Below, one piece after another: positions 17,945 through 27,871 of a stretch of DNA of 34,474 nt (positions are counted from its first letter, which is position 1; each line of letters opens with the position of its first letter). The DNA lies in the IMG/VR virus record IMGVR_UViG_3300000288_000150; one strand, written 5' to 3'. The notes under the pieces were generated by a model that was not told the DNA's origin, made no database searches, and saw only the letters and a list, made by a program, of their open reading frames with translations. The position numbers and the translations under genes were made by a program. The DNA comes from a virus (lineage: Duplodnaviria > Heunggongvirae > Uroviricota > Caudoviricetes).

Positions 17945-18423
17945 TGATTGTGCTGGTCGTGTTGTTATCGCTGGCGGTGTCCGGTCTGTTTCTGGTGAAA
18001 CACAAAAATGCCAGCCTGCGCGCCTCGCTGGACAGGGCGAATAACGTCGCCAGTGAACAGCAGACGACCATCACCATGCTGAAAAATCAGCTTCATGTTN
18101 NNNNNNNNNNNNNNNNNNNNNNNNNNNNNNNNNNNNNNNNNNNNNNNNNNNNNNNNNNNNNNNNNNNNNNCACCAGGGCAGACAAAAACGAGCTGGCGCA
18201 GGTGGCACTGCGTCAGGAACTGGAAAACGCCGCGAAGCGTGAAGCTCAGCGCGAGAAAACCATCACGAGATTACTCAATGAAAACGAAGATTTTCGCCGC
18301 TGGTACGGTGCTGACCTGCCTGATGCTGTGCGCCGGTTGCACCAGCGCCCGGCCTGCGCAGACGCCAGTGATTGTCCACAACGCCTGCCCGAAAGTGAGT
18401 CTTTGCCCGATGCCGGGCAGTGA
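17932..18423 (+). CDS. lysB: LysB (Rz-like inner-membrane spanin component); interrupted by an N-run
   Basis: N-terminal TM segment then charged periplasmic region; the ORF spans the N-run 18100-18170, so length and frame continuity are unverified. Confidence 0.6.
   Translation: MSKLMIVLVVLLSLAVSGLFLVKHKNASLRASLDRANNVASEQQTTITMLKNQLHVXXXXXXXXXXXXXXXXXXXXXXXXTRADKNELAQVALRQELENAAKREAQREKTITRLLNENEDFRRWYGADLPDAVRRLHQRPACADASDCPQRLPESESLPDAGQ
18100..18170. other. Run of N inside lysB
   Basis: 71 consecutive N. Confidence 1.
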
Positions 18424-18568
18424 CCCGCAGAAGAACGGCGATTTAAGTGCCGATATCCGGCTGCTTGAGAACGCGCTGGCACGCTGTGCCAGCCAGGTAA
18501 AAATGATTAAACACTGTCAGGACGAAAACGATGCTCAAACCCGACAGCCTGCGCAGGGCGCTGACTGA
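18278..18568 (+). CDS. lysC: LysC (Rz1-like outer-membrane lipoprotein spanin), embedded in the alternative frame of lysB
   Basis: 96 aa from the internal ATG (MKTKIFAAGTVLTCLMLCAGC...), signal peptide with lipobox L-C-A-G-C. Confidence 0.6.
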   Translation: MKTKIFAAGTVLTCLMLCAGCTSARPAQTPVIVHNACPKVSLCPMPGSDPQKNGDLSADIRLLENALARCASQVKMIKHCQDENDAQTRQPAQGAD

Positions 18569-18998
18569 TGCCGTCACGGTGCTGAAAACTAACCCCGATA
18601 TGCTGCGGATATTCGTGGATAACGGGAGTATTGCCTCCACACTGGCGACGTCGCTGTCATTCGAAAAGCGTTACACGCTCAATGTGATTGTGACCGACTT
18701 TACCGGTGATTTTGACCTGCTCATTGTGCCGGTGCTGGCGTGGCTGCGGGAAAATCAGCCCGACATCATGACCACCGACGCAGGCCAGAAAAAGGGCTTC
18801 ACGTTTTATGCGGACATCAACAATGACAGCAGCTTTGATATCAGCATCAGCCTGATGCTGACCGAGCGAACGCTGGTCAGTGAGGTGGACGGCGCACTGC
18901 ATGTGAAGAATATCCCGGAACCCCCGCCGCCGGAGCCGGTCACCCGCCCGATGGAGCTTTATATCAATGGCGAACTGGTGAGCAAGTGGGATGAATGA
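18531..18998 (+). CDS. R: Tail completion protein (P2 gpR)
   Basis: 155 aa, same as P2 R. Confidence 0.8.
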   Translation: MLKPDSLRRALTDAVTVLKTNPDMLRIFVDNGSIASTLATSLSFEKRYTLNVIVTDFTGDFDLLIVPVLAWLRENQPDIMTTDAGQKKGFTFYADINNDSSFDISISLMLTERTLVSEVDGALHVKNIPEPPPPEPVTRPMELYINGELVSKWDE

Positions 18999-19443
18999 GT
19001 TTAAGCGTTTTGAAGACCGGCTGACCGGACTGATTGAGTCGCTGTCACCGTCAGGGCGTCGGCGGCTGAGTGCAGAGCTGGCGAAGCGTCTGCGGCAGAG
19101 TCAGCAGCGTCGGGTGATGGCACAGAAAGCCCCGGACGGCACACCCTACGCGCCACGCCAGCAGCAGAGCGCCAGAAAAAAGACCGGTCGTGTTAAGCGA
19201 AAAATGTTTGCGAAACTTATCACCAGTCGTTTTTTGCATATCCGCGCCAGCCCGGAACAGGCATCAATGGAATTTTACGGCGGGAAGTCGCCGAAAATCG
19301 CCAGTGTGCATCAGTTCGGTCTGTCGGAAGAAACCCGGAAAGACGGTAAGAAAATTGATTATCCGGCGCGCCCTCTGCTCGGCTTCACCGGTGAGGATGT
19401 ACAGATGATTGAAGAGATTATCCTGGCTCACCTCGACCGTTAG
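18991..19443 (+). CDS. S: Tail completion protein (P2 gpS)
   Basis: 150 aa, same as P2 S. Confidence 0.8.
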   Translation: MNEFKRFEDRLTGLIESLSPSGRRRLSAELAKRLRQSQQRRVMAQKAPDGTPYAPRQQQSARKKTGRVKRKMFAKLITSRFLHIRASPEQASMEFYGGKSPKIASVHQFGLSEETRKDGKKIDYPARPLLGFTGEDVQMIEEIILAHLDR

Positions 19444-19509
19444 TTGTGCCATTCCCGACACCTCATCGTCACATTGCCGCCGGTATGACCCGGCGGCATC
19501 CTTCCCGTT

Positions 19510-20208
19510 ATGAACACTCTCGCAAATATCCAGGAACTCGCGCGCGCACTGCGCAACATGATACGCCCCGGCATTATCGTCGAAACCGACCTTAACGCCG
19601 GTCGCTGCCGAGTGCAGACCGGCGGCATGTGCACTGACTGGCTTCAGTGGCTGACCCATCGTGCCGGTCGTTCGCGCACATGGTGGGCACCTTCCGTGGG
19701 GGAGCAGGTGCTGATTCTGGCCGTGGGCGGTGAACTCGACACGGCGTTCGTTCTGCCGGGGATTTATTCCGGCGATAACCCCGCGCCGTCTGCGTCGGCG
19801 GATGCCCTGCATATCCGTTTCCCTGACGGGGCGGTGATTGAGTATGAACCCGAAACCAGTGCACTCACGGTAAGCGGAATTAAAACGGCCAGCGTGACGG
19901 CTTCTGATTCTGTTACTGCCACGGTGCCGGTGGTTATGGTGAAAGCATCAACCCGCGTCACCCTGGACACACCGGAGGTGGTCTGCACCAACAGGCTGAT
20001 TACCGGCACGCTGGAAGTGCAGAAGGGCGGGACGATGCGCGGCAACATTGAACACACCGGCGGTGAACTCTCATCAAACGGTAAGGTACTGCATACCCAC
20101 AAACACCCAGGCGACAGCGGCGGCACANNNNNNNNNNNNNNNNNNNNNNNNNNNNNNNNNNNNNNNNNNNNNNNNNNNNNNNNNNNNNNNNNCGGGAGTC
20201 CTCTATGA
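19510..20208 (+). CDS. V: Baseplate spike/assembly protein (P2 gpV); 3' region interrupted by an N-run
   Basis: MNTLANIQELARALRNM... N-terminus; the N-run 20128-20192 sits near the C-terminus, so apparent length is unreliable. Confidence 0.8.
   Translation: MNTLANIQELARALRNMIRPGIIVETDLNAGRCRVQTGGMCTDWLQWLTHRAGRSRTWWAPSVGEQVLILAVGGELDTAFVLPGIYSGDNPAPSASADALHIRFPDGAVIEYEPETSALTVSGIKTASVTASDSVTATVPVVMVKASTRVTLDTPEVVCTNRLITGTLEVQKGGTMRGNIEHTGGELSSNGKVLHTHKHPGDSGGTXXXXXXXXXXXXXXXXXXXXXXGSPL
20128..20192. other. Run of N near the 3' end of V
   Basis: 65 consecutive N. Confidence 1.
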
Positions 20209-20552
20209 CAGCGCGTTATCTCGGAATGAATCGCAGTGATGGCCTGACTGTCACTGACCTTGAGCATATCAGCCAGAGTATCGGCGATATCCTGCGCACA
20301 CCGGTCGGCTCACGGGTGATGCGTCGTGATTACGGCTCGTTGCTGGCGTCAATGATTGACCAGCCGCAGACCCCGGCGCTTGAGTTGCAGATTAAGGTCG
20401 CATGTTACATGGCGGTGCTGAAATGGGAACCCCGCGTCACGCTGTCATCTGTCACCACGGCGCGCAGTTTTGACGGGCGAATGACGGTCACGTTAACCGG
20501 CCAGCACAACGACACCGGCCAGCCACTTTCGTTAACCATCCCTGTGAGTTGA
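20205..20552 (+). CDS. W: Baseplate wedge protein (P2 gpW, gp25-like)
   Basis: 115 aa, same as P2 W; ATGA overlap with V. Confidence 0.85.
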   Translation: MTARYLGMNRSDGLTVTDLEHISQSIGDILRTPVGSRVMRRDYGSLLASMIDQPQTPALELQIKVACYMAVLKWEPRVTLSSVTTARSFDGRMTVTLTGQHNDTGQPLSLTIPVS

Positions 20553-20556
20553 AACC

Positions 20557-21465
20557 ATGCCGATTATCGACCTGAACCAGCTACCCGCACCGGATGTGGT
20601 CGAGGAGCTGGACTTTGAAACCATTCTCGCCGAACGCAAGGCGACACTGATTTCCCTTTACCCGGAAGACCAGCAGGAGGCGGTCGCCCGTACCCTGACG
20701 CTGGAATCTGAGCCTCTCGTCAAACTGCTGGAGGAAAATGCTTATCGTGAGCTTATCTGGCGTCAGCGTGTGAATGAGGCTGCACGGGCGGTGATGCTGG
20801 CCTGTGCAGCCGGTAATGACCTTGATGTGATTGGTGCCAATTACAACACCACGCGCCTGATTATCACCCCGGCAGATGATTCGACCATCCCGCCGACACC
20901 GGCAGTGATGGAATCTGACACCGATTATCGTCTGCGTATTCAGCAGGCGTTTGAAGGTTTAAGCGTCGCCGGGTCGGTGGGTGCCTATCAGTATCATGGC
21001 CGCAGTGCCGACGGGCGTGTCGCGGATATCTCTGTCACCAGTCCGTCTCCGGCCTGCGTCACCATCTCTGTGCTGTCACGTGAGAATAACGGTGTGGCAT
21101 CCGAAGACCTGCTGGCTGTGGTACGTAACGCCCTTAATGGCGAGGATGTCAGGCCGGTGGCCGACCGCGTGACCGTGCAGTCTGCCGCCATCGTTGAATA
21201 CCAGATAAACGCCACGCTTTACCTTTACCCTGGTCCCGAAAGCGAACCCATCCGCGCGGCCGCAGTAAAAAAACTGGAAGCGTATATCACGGCACAGCAC
21301 CGGCTGGGGCGCGACATCCGTCTGTCTGCCATTTATGCCGCTTTGCATGTGGAAGGCGTGCAGCGTGTCGAACTGACTGCACCACTGGCTGACATCGTGC
21401 TCAACAGTACGCAGGCGTCTTTCTGTACCGAATACCGCGTCGTGACCGGAGGCTCGGATGAGTGA
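20557..21465 (+). CDS. J: Baseplate wedge protein (P2 gpJ)
   Basis: 302 aa, same as P2 J. Confidence 0.85.
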   Translation: MPIIDLNQLPAPDVVEELDFETILAERKATLISLYPEDQQEAVARTLTLESEPLVKLLEENAYRELIWRQRVNEAARAVMLACAAGNDLDVIGANYNTTRLIITPADDSTIPPTPAVMESDTDYRLRIQQAFEGLSVAGSVGAYQYHGRSADGRVADISVTSPSPACVTISVLSRENNGVASEDLLAVVRNALNGEDVRPVADRVTVQSAAIVEYQINATLYLYPGPESEPIRAAAVKKLEAYITAQHRLGRDIRLSAIYAALHVEGVQRVELTAPLADIVLNSTQASFCTEYRVVTGGSDE

Positions 21466-21988
21466 TTCGCGACTGCTGCCGACCGGCTCATCACCGCTTG
21501 AAGTTGCTGCCGCAAAAGCCTGTGCGGAAATTGAAAAAACGCCGGTCAGTATTCGTGAGCTGTGGAACCCGGATACCTGTCCGGCAAATCTGCTGCCGTG
21601 GCTGGCGTGGGCGTTTTCGGTCGACAGGTGGGATGAAAAGTGGCCGGAAGCGACAAAACGCGCCGTTATCCGCGATGCGTATTTCATTCATTGTCATAAA
21701 GGCACTGTCGGCGCAATCCGGCGTGTGGTGGAGCCGCTCGGCTATCTCATTAACGTAAAGGAATGGTGGGAGACAAACGACCCGCCCGGAACCTTTCGCC
21801 TTGATATCGGTGTGCTGGAAAGCGGTATCACGGAGGAGATGTATCTGGAAATGGAACGGCTGATTGCCGATGCCAAACCCGCAAGTCGCCATCTTATCGG
21901 TCTGAACATTATCCAGGACATTCCCGGCTATCTGTATACAGGCGGTGTGGTCTGTGATGGTGATGTTATTACTGTTTATCCCGGATAA
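21458..21988 (+). CDS. I: Baseplate protein (P2 gpI)
   Basis: 176 aa, same as P2 I; overlaps the J stop. Confidence 0.85.
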   Translation: MSDSRLLPTGSSPLEVAAAKACAEIEKTPVSIRELWNPDTCPANLLPWLAWAFSVDRWDEKWPEATKRAVIRDAYFIHCHKGTVGAIRRVVEPLGYLINVKEWWETNDPPGTFRLDIGVLESGITEEMYLEMERLIADAKPASRHLIGLNIIQDIPGYLYTGGVVCDGDVITVYPG

Positions 21989-21998
21989 GTGAGAAACA

Positions 21999-24740
21999 AT
22001 GAGCACGAAATTTAAAACCGTTATCACTACTGCCGGAGCCGCAAAGCTGGCAGCCGCCACTGTCCCCGGCGGGAAAAAAGTAAACCTGTCTGCAATGGCC
22101 GTGGGTGACGGTAATGGCAAATTGCCGGTGCCGGATGCCGGTCAGACGAAACTGGTGCATGAGGTCTGGCGTCACGCTCTGAATAAAGTCAGCGTGGATA
22201 ACAAGAATAAAAACTATATCGTGGCTGAACTGGTTGTACCGCCCGAAGTGGGCGGCTTCTGGATGCGTGAGCTTGGTCTGTATGACGATGCCGGAACACT
22301 GATTGCGGTATCCAACATGGCAGAAAGCTATAAGCCAGAACTGGCTGAAGGCTCCGGACGTGCGCAGACCTGCCGCATGGTTATTATTCTCAGCAACGTG
22401 GCGTCCGTTGAGCTGAGTATTGATGCCAGCACGGTGATGGCGACGCAGGATTACGTCGATGACAAAATCGCAGAGCATGAGCAGTCCCGCCGCCATCCTG
22501 ACGCCACGCTGACAGAAAAAGGTTTTACTCAGTTAAGCAGTGCAACAAACAGCACCAGTGAAAAGCTGGCGGCAACGCCAAAAGCGGTCAAGGCAGCAAA
22601 TGACAACGCAAATTCACGTCTGGCGAAAAATCAGAACGGTGCAGATATCCAGGATAAATCAGCTTTTCTGGACAATATTGGCGTTACCAGCCTGACGTTT
22701 ATGAAACACAATGGAATGATTCCAACCACTGACAATCTTGACTCCTATGGCCCAGAAGAAAAATATCTTGGAACGTGGTCATGTCCGTCACAATCCACTG
22801 CAAAACCAGAGTCTGGTTACCCTGAAGATAAAGGCAATGGGGTTCTGGAAGTATTCAATGCTGGTCGCTTTCACTGCACACAACGCTACACCACCCGAAC
22901 CGGTAATATTTACATTCGGATGCTTGATGCAGAATGGAACCCAGCCAGTCCAACATGGAGTGCATGGAGAGTTATTACAAGCGGGACTCGACCATTAAGC
23001 ACGTCAATTGACCTGAATTCTTTAGGTGGCGCGGAACACCTGGGAATATGGCGCAATAGCAGTACATCAATAGCCTCATTTGAACGTCATTTCCCGGAGG
23101 ACGGGAGCTTTGGTCAGGGTATTCTGGAAGTCTTTGAAGGCGGTCTGTATGGGAGAATGCAACGTTACACCACCCGTAGTGGGACTATGTACATTCGCGG
23201 ACTGACTGCCTCATGGGATGCAGAGAATCCACAATGGGAGGACTGGATTGCTGTTGGGTATCAGTCCACGGGATGGACTTATTCAGGGGATCTTGATGAT
23301 CTTTTAAAGCCTGGTATTTATAGCGTCACGAAACAGGCCACAAATGCACCAGTCACCGACTCTAAAGATCTTGCTGTTGGCTCAATAGTTGAAGTGAAAA
23401 AACGTTGTGATATTGAATCGTATATCCAGACATATACGACAGTTTCTGCAACGGATGCCTATAAAAACCGGACATTTCAACGAACTCGTGCCAGCGGTGA
23501 AGCTGACTGGGGGGAATGGGCGGAAGTTTACAACTCAAAATCATTACTCACTAAATTAGGTGTCGGCGGTGTTACCGACAGGTTATCCAGTCTGGACTGG
23601 CAGACCTACGACTTTGTGCCGGGCAGCATGATAACTGTCAGACTCTCCGATATGACCAATATCCCCGATGGGATGGAATGGGGCGTCATTGATACTAACC
23701 TGATAAATATCACTGTTGGCCCCAGTGAAGGTGGAGGTGTCGCCCGTTCAATGCAGGTATGGCGCAGCACCTCAAACAAAACCAACTATCGTTTTTTTAC
23801 AGTCCGCTTATATGGCAATCCTGGGGAGCGTAGCTTCAATATTCGTCGGCTACCAATTATCGACGAAGCCCAGACATGGGAGGCAAAACAGACATTCAGT
23901 GCAGGCCTCTCTGGTGAACTGTCCGGCAATGCGGCGACAGCAACAAAGCTGAAAACAGCCCGTAAAATTAATAACGTTTCGTTTGATGGAACATCAGATA
24001 TTAACCTGACGCCGAAAAATATTGGTGCATTTGCTTCAGGAAAAACAGGAGACACCGTTGCGAATGATAAAGCCGTTGGATGGAACTGGAGTAGCGGAGC
24101 CTATAACGCAACTACTGGTGGGGCATCAACGTTAATTCTTCATTTTAATATCGGTGAAGGAAGTTGTCCCGCAGCCCAGTTCCGCGTTAATTATAAGAAC
24201 GGCGGTATTTTTTATCGTTCTGCTCGTGATGGTTACGGATTCGAGGCTGACTGGTCTGAGTTTTATACCACAACGCGAAAACCTACAGCGGGAGATGTCG
24301 GTGCACTGTCGTTATCTGGTGGTCAATTGAATGGTGCACTGGGCATCGGAACATCCAGTGCTCTTGGCGGTAATTCGATTGTTTTGGGTGATAATGACAC
24401 GGGCTTTAAACAAAATGGTGATGGTAATCTGGATGTTTATGCTAATAGCGTCCATGTTATGCGCTTTGTCTCCGGAAGCATTCAAAGTAATAAAACCATA
24501 AATATTACGGGGCGTGTTAATCCTTCGGATTACGGTAACTTTGATTCCCGCTATGTGAGAGATGTCAGACTTGGCACTCGTGTTGTTCAGACCATGCAGA
24601 AAGGCGTGATGTATGAAAAATCAGGCCATGTAATCACGGGGCTTGGTATTGTCGGTGAAGTCGATGGTGATGACCCCGCAGTATTCAGACCAATACAAAA
24701 ATACATCAATGGCACATGGTATAACGTTGCGCAGGTGTAA
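21999..24740 (+). CDS. H: Tail fibre protein (P2 gpH-like N-terminus; long divergent receptor-binding C-terminus)
   Basis: 913 aa versus ~669 in P2 as recalled. Conserved N-terminal attachment region (MSTKFKTVITTAGAAKLAAAT...), then a lower-GC distal part with tandem ~55-aa repeats. Confidence 0.85.
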   Translation: MSTKFKTVITTAGAAKLAAATVPGGKKVNLSAMAVGDGNGKLPVPDAGQTKLVHEVWRHALNKVSVDNKNKNYIVAELVVPPEVGGFWMRELGLYDDAGTLIAVSNMAESYKPELAEGSGRAQTCRMVIILSNVASVELSIDASTVMATQDYVDDKIAEHEQSRRHPDATLTEKGFTQLSSATNSTSEKLAATPKAVKAANDNANSRLAKNQNGADIQDKSAFLDNIGVTSLTFMKHNGMIPTTDNLDSYGPEEKYLGTWSCPSQSTAKPESGYPEDKGNGVLEVFNAGRFHCTQRYTTRTGNIYIRMLDAEWNPASPTWSAWRVITSGTRPLSTSIDLNSLGGAEHLGIWRNSSTSIASFERHFPEDGSFGQGILEVFEGGLYGRMQRYTTRSGTMYIRGLTASWDAENPQWEDWIAVGYQSTGWTYSGDLDDLLKPGIYSVTKQATNAPVTDSKDLAVGSIVEVKKRCDIESYIQTYTTVSATDAYKNRTFQRTRASGEADWGEWAEVYNSKSLLTKLGVGGVTDRLSSLDWQTYDFVPGSMITVRLSDMTNIPDGMEWGVIDTNLINITVGPSEGGGVARSMQVWRSTSNKTNYRFFTVRLYGNPGERSFNIRRLPIIDEAQTWEAKQTFSAGLSGELSGNAATATKLKTARKINNVSFDGTSDINLTPKNIGAFASGKTGDTVANDKAVGWNWSSGAYNATTGGASTLILHFNIGEGSCPAAQFRVNYKNGGIFYRSARDGYGFEADWSEFYTTTRKPTAGDVGALSLSGGQLNGALGIGTSSALGGNSIVLGDNDTGFKQNGDGNLDVYANSVHVMRFVSGSIQSNKTINITGRVNPSDYGNFDSRYVRDVRLGTRVVQTMQKGVMYEKSGHVITGLGIVGEVDGDDPAVFRPIQKYINGTWYNVAQV

Positions 24741-24743
24741 ATT

Positions 24744-25271
24744 ATGCAGCATTTAAAAAACATTAAGTCAGGTAATCCAAAAACAAAAGAACAATATCAG
24801 CTAACAAAGAATTTTGATGTTATCTGGTTATGGTCCGAAGACGGAAAAAACTGGTATGAGGAAGTAAGTAATTTTCAGGAAGACACGATAAAGATTGTTT
24901 ACGACGAGAATAATATAATTGTCGGCATCACCAGAGATGCTTCAACGTTCAACCCTGAAGGTTTTAGCGTTGTCGAGGTTCCTGATATTACCGCCAACCG
25001 ACGTGCTGATGACTCAGGTAAATGGATGTTTAAGGATGGTGCCGTGATTAAGCGGATTTATACGGCAGACGAACAGCAACAACAGGCAGAATCACAAAAG
25101 GCCGCGTTACTTTCCGAAGCGGAAAGCGTTATTCAGCCACTGGAGCGCGCTGTCAGGCTGAACATGGCAACAGATGAGGAGCGTAGCCGACTGGAAGCAT
25201 GGGAACGCTACAGTGTTCTGGTCAGCCGTGTGGATCCTGCAAATCCTGAATGGCCGGAAATGCCGCAATAA
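24744..25271 (+). CDS. G: Tail fibre assembly chaperone (P2 gpG)
   Basis: 175 aa, directly downstream of H. Confidence 0.8.
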   Translation: MQHLKNIKSGNPKTKEQYQLTKNFDVIWLWSEDGKNWYEEVSNFQEDTIKIVYDENNIIVGITRDASTFNPEGFSVVEVPDITANRRADDSGKWMFKDGAVIKRIYTADEQQQQAESQKAALLSEAESVIQPLERAVRLNMATDEERSRLEAWERYSVLVSRVDPANPEWPEMPQ

Positions 25272-25422
25272 GTTGTATGAGCTGACATATCTATAGCACA
25301 GAGTAAAGCCTAATCTGACAGTCCGCTCTGTGCAAGGAGCGGACATTACCTAACACATTGGTAACCTTCACAGATTTACGCGTTCTACATAGTTAGCATT
25401 GTATCTGATGAGTTATCATGTT

Positions 25423-26202
25423 TTAAAATATCCAACTGATAAATCCACCTGAATACTTTTCACTAATTTTGATTGCATAAAGATCATGAAGAGTTATAAA
25501 TAAATCATTATCTTCTTTGAAAATTAACTCCTCATACTCTGCCATTATCAAATTATGCTGTGTTGTTAGTTTAGATATGTTATCTATTTCACTGGCAAGC
25601 ATGGATTTGTTTACATTGGTGTGTGGATCCATGGCAATATATTTCCGCATCAATGGAATTAGTTGATCAGGGTCTATATTTTTTGCATTTTCCTTTGCTT
25701 TTTTTTGTCTTTCTGAATAGATGGAGTTAATTGTGTTAGTGTGTTTTTTCGCCAGTCTCTTAAACTCTGGATATGAACCAGTAACTAATGCAAGCTCTTC
25801 GTACTTAAGGAATAAATCGATATTGCATTTTTTTACCGTCATTTCAAGATCTTCAACTCTTTTTTTTAACTCTTCATTTGTTTTAATAAGAGACATCGGG
25901 AGAACTTCATAATGTTGTCCTAATTCTGAATCAGGGCTCATTGCCATATGTACTATTTCATTATACATGAGCTGATAAGAAGCAGATAACTCTCCATACT
26001 TTAGAAATAGTTCATTATGTGAAGATGAACAAGAACTTTGTAATTTCATCATTGGCCTAAAGTAATCCTTTATAAACTCCTCCTGAAGATCTTGGTCTTT
26101 TTTGTAGCTCTCTAGGATTCCAGCAAAAAGAAATGACCCTAAAGATATAGAGATTATGGATATTAGCAATTGACTAAGGAATGATTGTGTTTCATTACTC
26201 AT
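25423..26202 (-). CDS. Cargo gene in the Z/fun position: membrane-anchored protein of unknown function (N-terminal TM helix, Lys/Glu-rich helical body)
   Basis: 259 aa, strongly AT-rich against GC-rich tail genes, opposite strand to flanking late genes. Hydrophobic segment LLISIISISLGSFLFAGIL near the N-terminus. Start codon sits directly against the N-run at 26203, so the 5' end is not fully certain. Confidence 0.6.
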   Translation of the reverse strand: MSNETQSFLSQLLISIISISLGSFLFAGILESYKKDQDLQEEFIKDYFRPMMKLQSSCSSSHNELFLKYGELSASYQLMYNEIVHMAMSPDSELGQHYEVLPMSLIKTNEELKKRVEDLEMTVKKCNIDLFLKYEELALVTGSYPEFKRLAKKHTNTINSIYSERQKKAKENAKNIDPDQLIPLMRKYIAMDPHTNVNKSMLASEIDNISKLTTQHNLIMAEYEELIFKEDNDLFITLHDLYAIKISEKYSGGFISWIF

Positions 26203-26279
26203 NNNNNNNNNNNNNNNNNNNNNNNNNNNNNNNNNNNNNNNNNNNNNNNNNNNNNNNNNNNNNNNNNNNNNNNNNNNNN
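26203..26279. other. Run of N immediately upstream of the Z/fun-position cargo gene start
   Basis: 77 consecutive N. Confidence 1.
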
Positions 26280-26527
26280 AAAAAATAACACGAAAAGTGA
26301 CTCCTGACAGGGAAGAAACGACAGGTCGGAAACAAACTTAACTGATGAGTTAGCTGTAGTCCAGAACCTTGTTTTAACACTTAGTGTGACTGTTTGCATC
26401 TCAGGAATTTGTGCCAATAATATTTGAATCCTTATAATTTATTTAAATCAAATTTAGTTACTCGCTCAAAGCAGGCTGTCAGATTTGATAGCGTTTGGGC
26501 TATGTAAACTGTCAGTCGGAAAATGAG

Positions 26528-26545
26528 TGTGTACAAATCAGGACA
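26528..26545 (+). promoter_or_regulatory. Candidate Ogr-dependent late promoter element (TGT-N12-ACA) for the FI-FII-E-T-U-D operon
   Basis: TGTGTACAAATCAGGACA fits the TGT-N12-ACA partial dyad described for P2/P4 late promoters, ~125 bp upstream of the FI start. Confidence 0.4.
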
Positions 26546-26668
26546 GGCGAGCTGATTGCCCGCCTTTTCTTTATCTGTTGTTTCATCCACTGACCAGCCA
26601 GGTCAAATAGCGTCTCATGCTCTGCACAACAGAAAATAGTTGCACCCATTAACCACGGAGTTAAACGG

Positions 26669-27859
26669 ATGAGTGACTATCATCATGGCGTGCAGGTGCT
26701 GGAGATTAACGACGGCACCCGCGTCATTTCCACCGTATCCACTGCCATTGTCGGCATGGTCTGCACGGCCAGCGATGCGGATGCGGAAACCTTCCCTCTC
26801 AATAAACCGGTGCTGATTACCAATGTGCAGAGCGCAATTGCAAAGGCCGGTAAAAAAGGCACGCTGGCGGCGTCGTTACAGGCCATCGCTGACCAGTCAA
26901 AACCGGTCACCGTTGTTGTGCGCGTGGAAGACGGCACCGGCGACGACGAGGAAACGAAACTCGCGCAGACTGTTTCCAATATTATCGGCACCACCGACGA
27001 AAACGGTCAGTACACCGGACTGAAAGCCCTGATGGGGGCTGAGTCGGTTACCGGCGTTAAACCGCGCATTCTCGGCGTACCGGGACTGGACACCAAAGAG
27101 GTCGCCGTCGCACTGGCATCGGTATGCCAGGAACTGAATGCCTTCGGGTATATCAGCGCATGGGGTTGTAAAACCATTTCCGAGGTGAAAGCCTACCGCC
27201 AGAATTTCAGCCAGCGTGAGCTGATGGTTATCTGGCCGGATTTCCTCGCATGGGATACGGTTACCAGTACCACCGCCACCGCGTATGCCACCGCTCGTGC
27301 GCTGGGTCTGCGCGCTAAAATCGACCAGGAGCAGGGCTGGCATAAAACGCTGTCCAACGTCGGGGTGAACGGTGTTACCGGCATCAGTGCATCCGTCTTC
27401 TGGGATTTGCAGAAGCCAGGCACTGATGCTGACCTGCTGAACGAGGCAGGCGTCACAACGCTGGTTCGCCGCGACGGTTTTCGTTTCTGGGGTAACCGTA
27501 CCTGCTCTGATGACCCGCTGTTCCTCTTTGAAAGCTACACACGCACCGCGCAGGTACTGGCCGACACGATGGCTGAGGCGCACATGTGGGCTATTGATAA
27601 GCCCATCACCGCAACGCTGATTCGCGACATCATTGACGGCATCAATGCCAAATTCCGTGAACTGAAAAACAACGGTTATATCGTGGATGGCACATGCTGG
27701 TTCAGCGAAGAATCCAACGATGCGGAAACCCTCAAGGCCGGAAAACTGTATATCGACTACGACTATACCCCGGTGCCTCCTCTCGAAAACCTGACCCTGC
27801 GCCAGCGTATTACTTCCAGATACCTGGCAAGTCTGGTCACTTCGGTTAACAGCAATTAA
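26669..27859 (+). CDS. FI: Tail sheath protein (P2 gpFI)
   Basis: 396 aa, same as P2 FI. Confidence 0.9.
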   Translation: MSDYHHGVQVLEINDGTRVISTVSTAIVGMVCTASDADAETFPLNKPVLITNVQSAIAKAGKKGTLAASLQAIADQSKPVTVVVRVEDGTGDDEETKLAQTVSNIIGTTDENGQYTGLKALMGAESVTGVKPRILGVPGLDTKEVAVALASVCQELNAFGYISAWGCKTISEVKAYRQNFSQRELMVIWPDFLAWDTVTSTTATAYATARALGLRAKIDQEQGWHKTLSNVGVNGVTGISASVFWDLQKPGTDADLLNEAGVTTLVRRDGFRFWGNRTCSDDPLFLFESYTRTAQVLADTMAEAHMWAIDKPITATLIRDIIDGINAKFRELKNNGYIVDGTCWFSEESNDAETLKAGKLYIDYDYTPVPPLENLTLRQRITSRYLASLVTSVNSN

Positions 27860-27871
27860 GGAGCCTGACCG

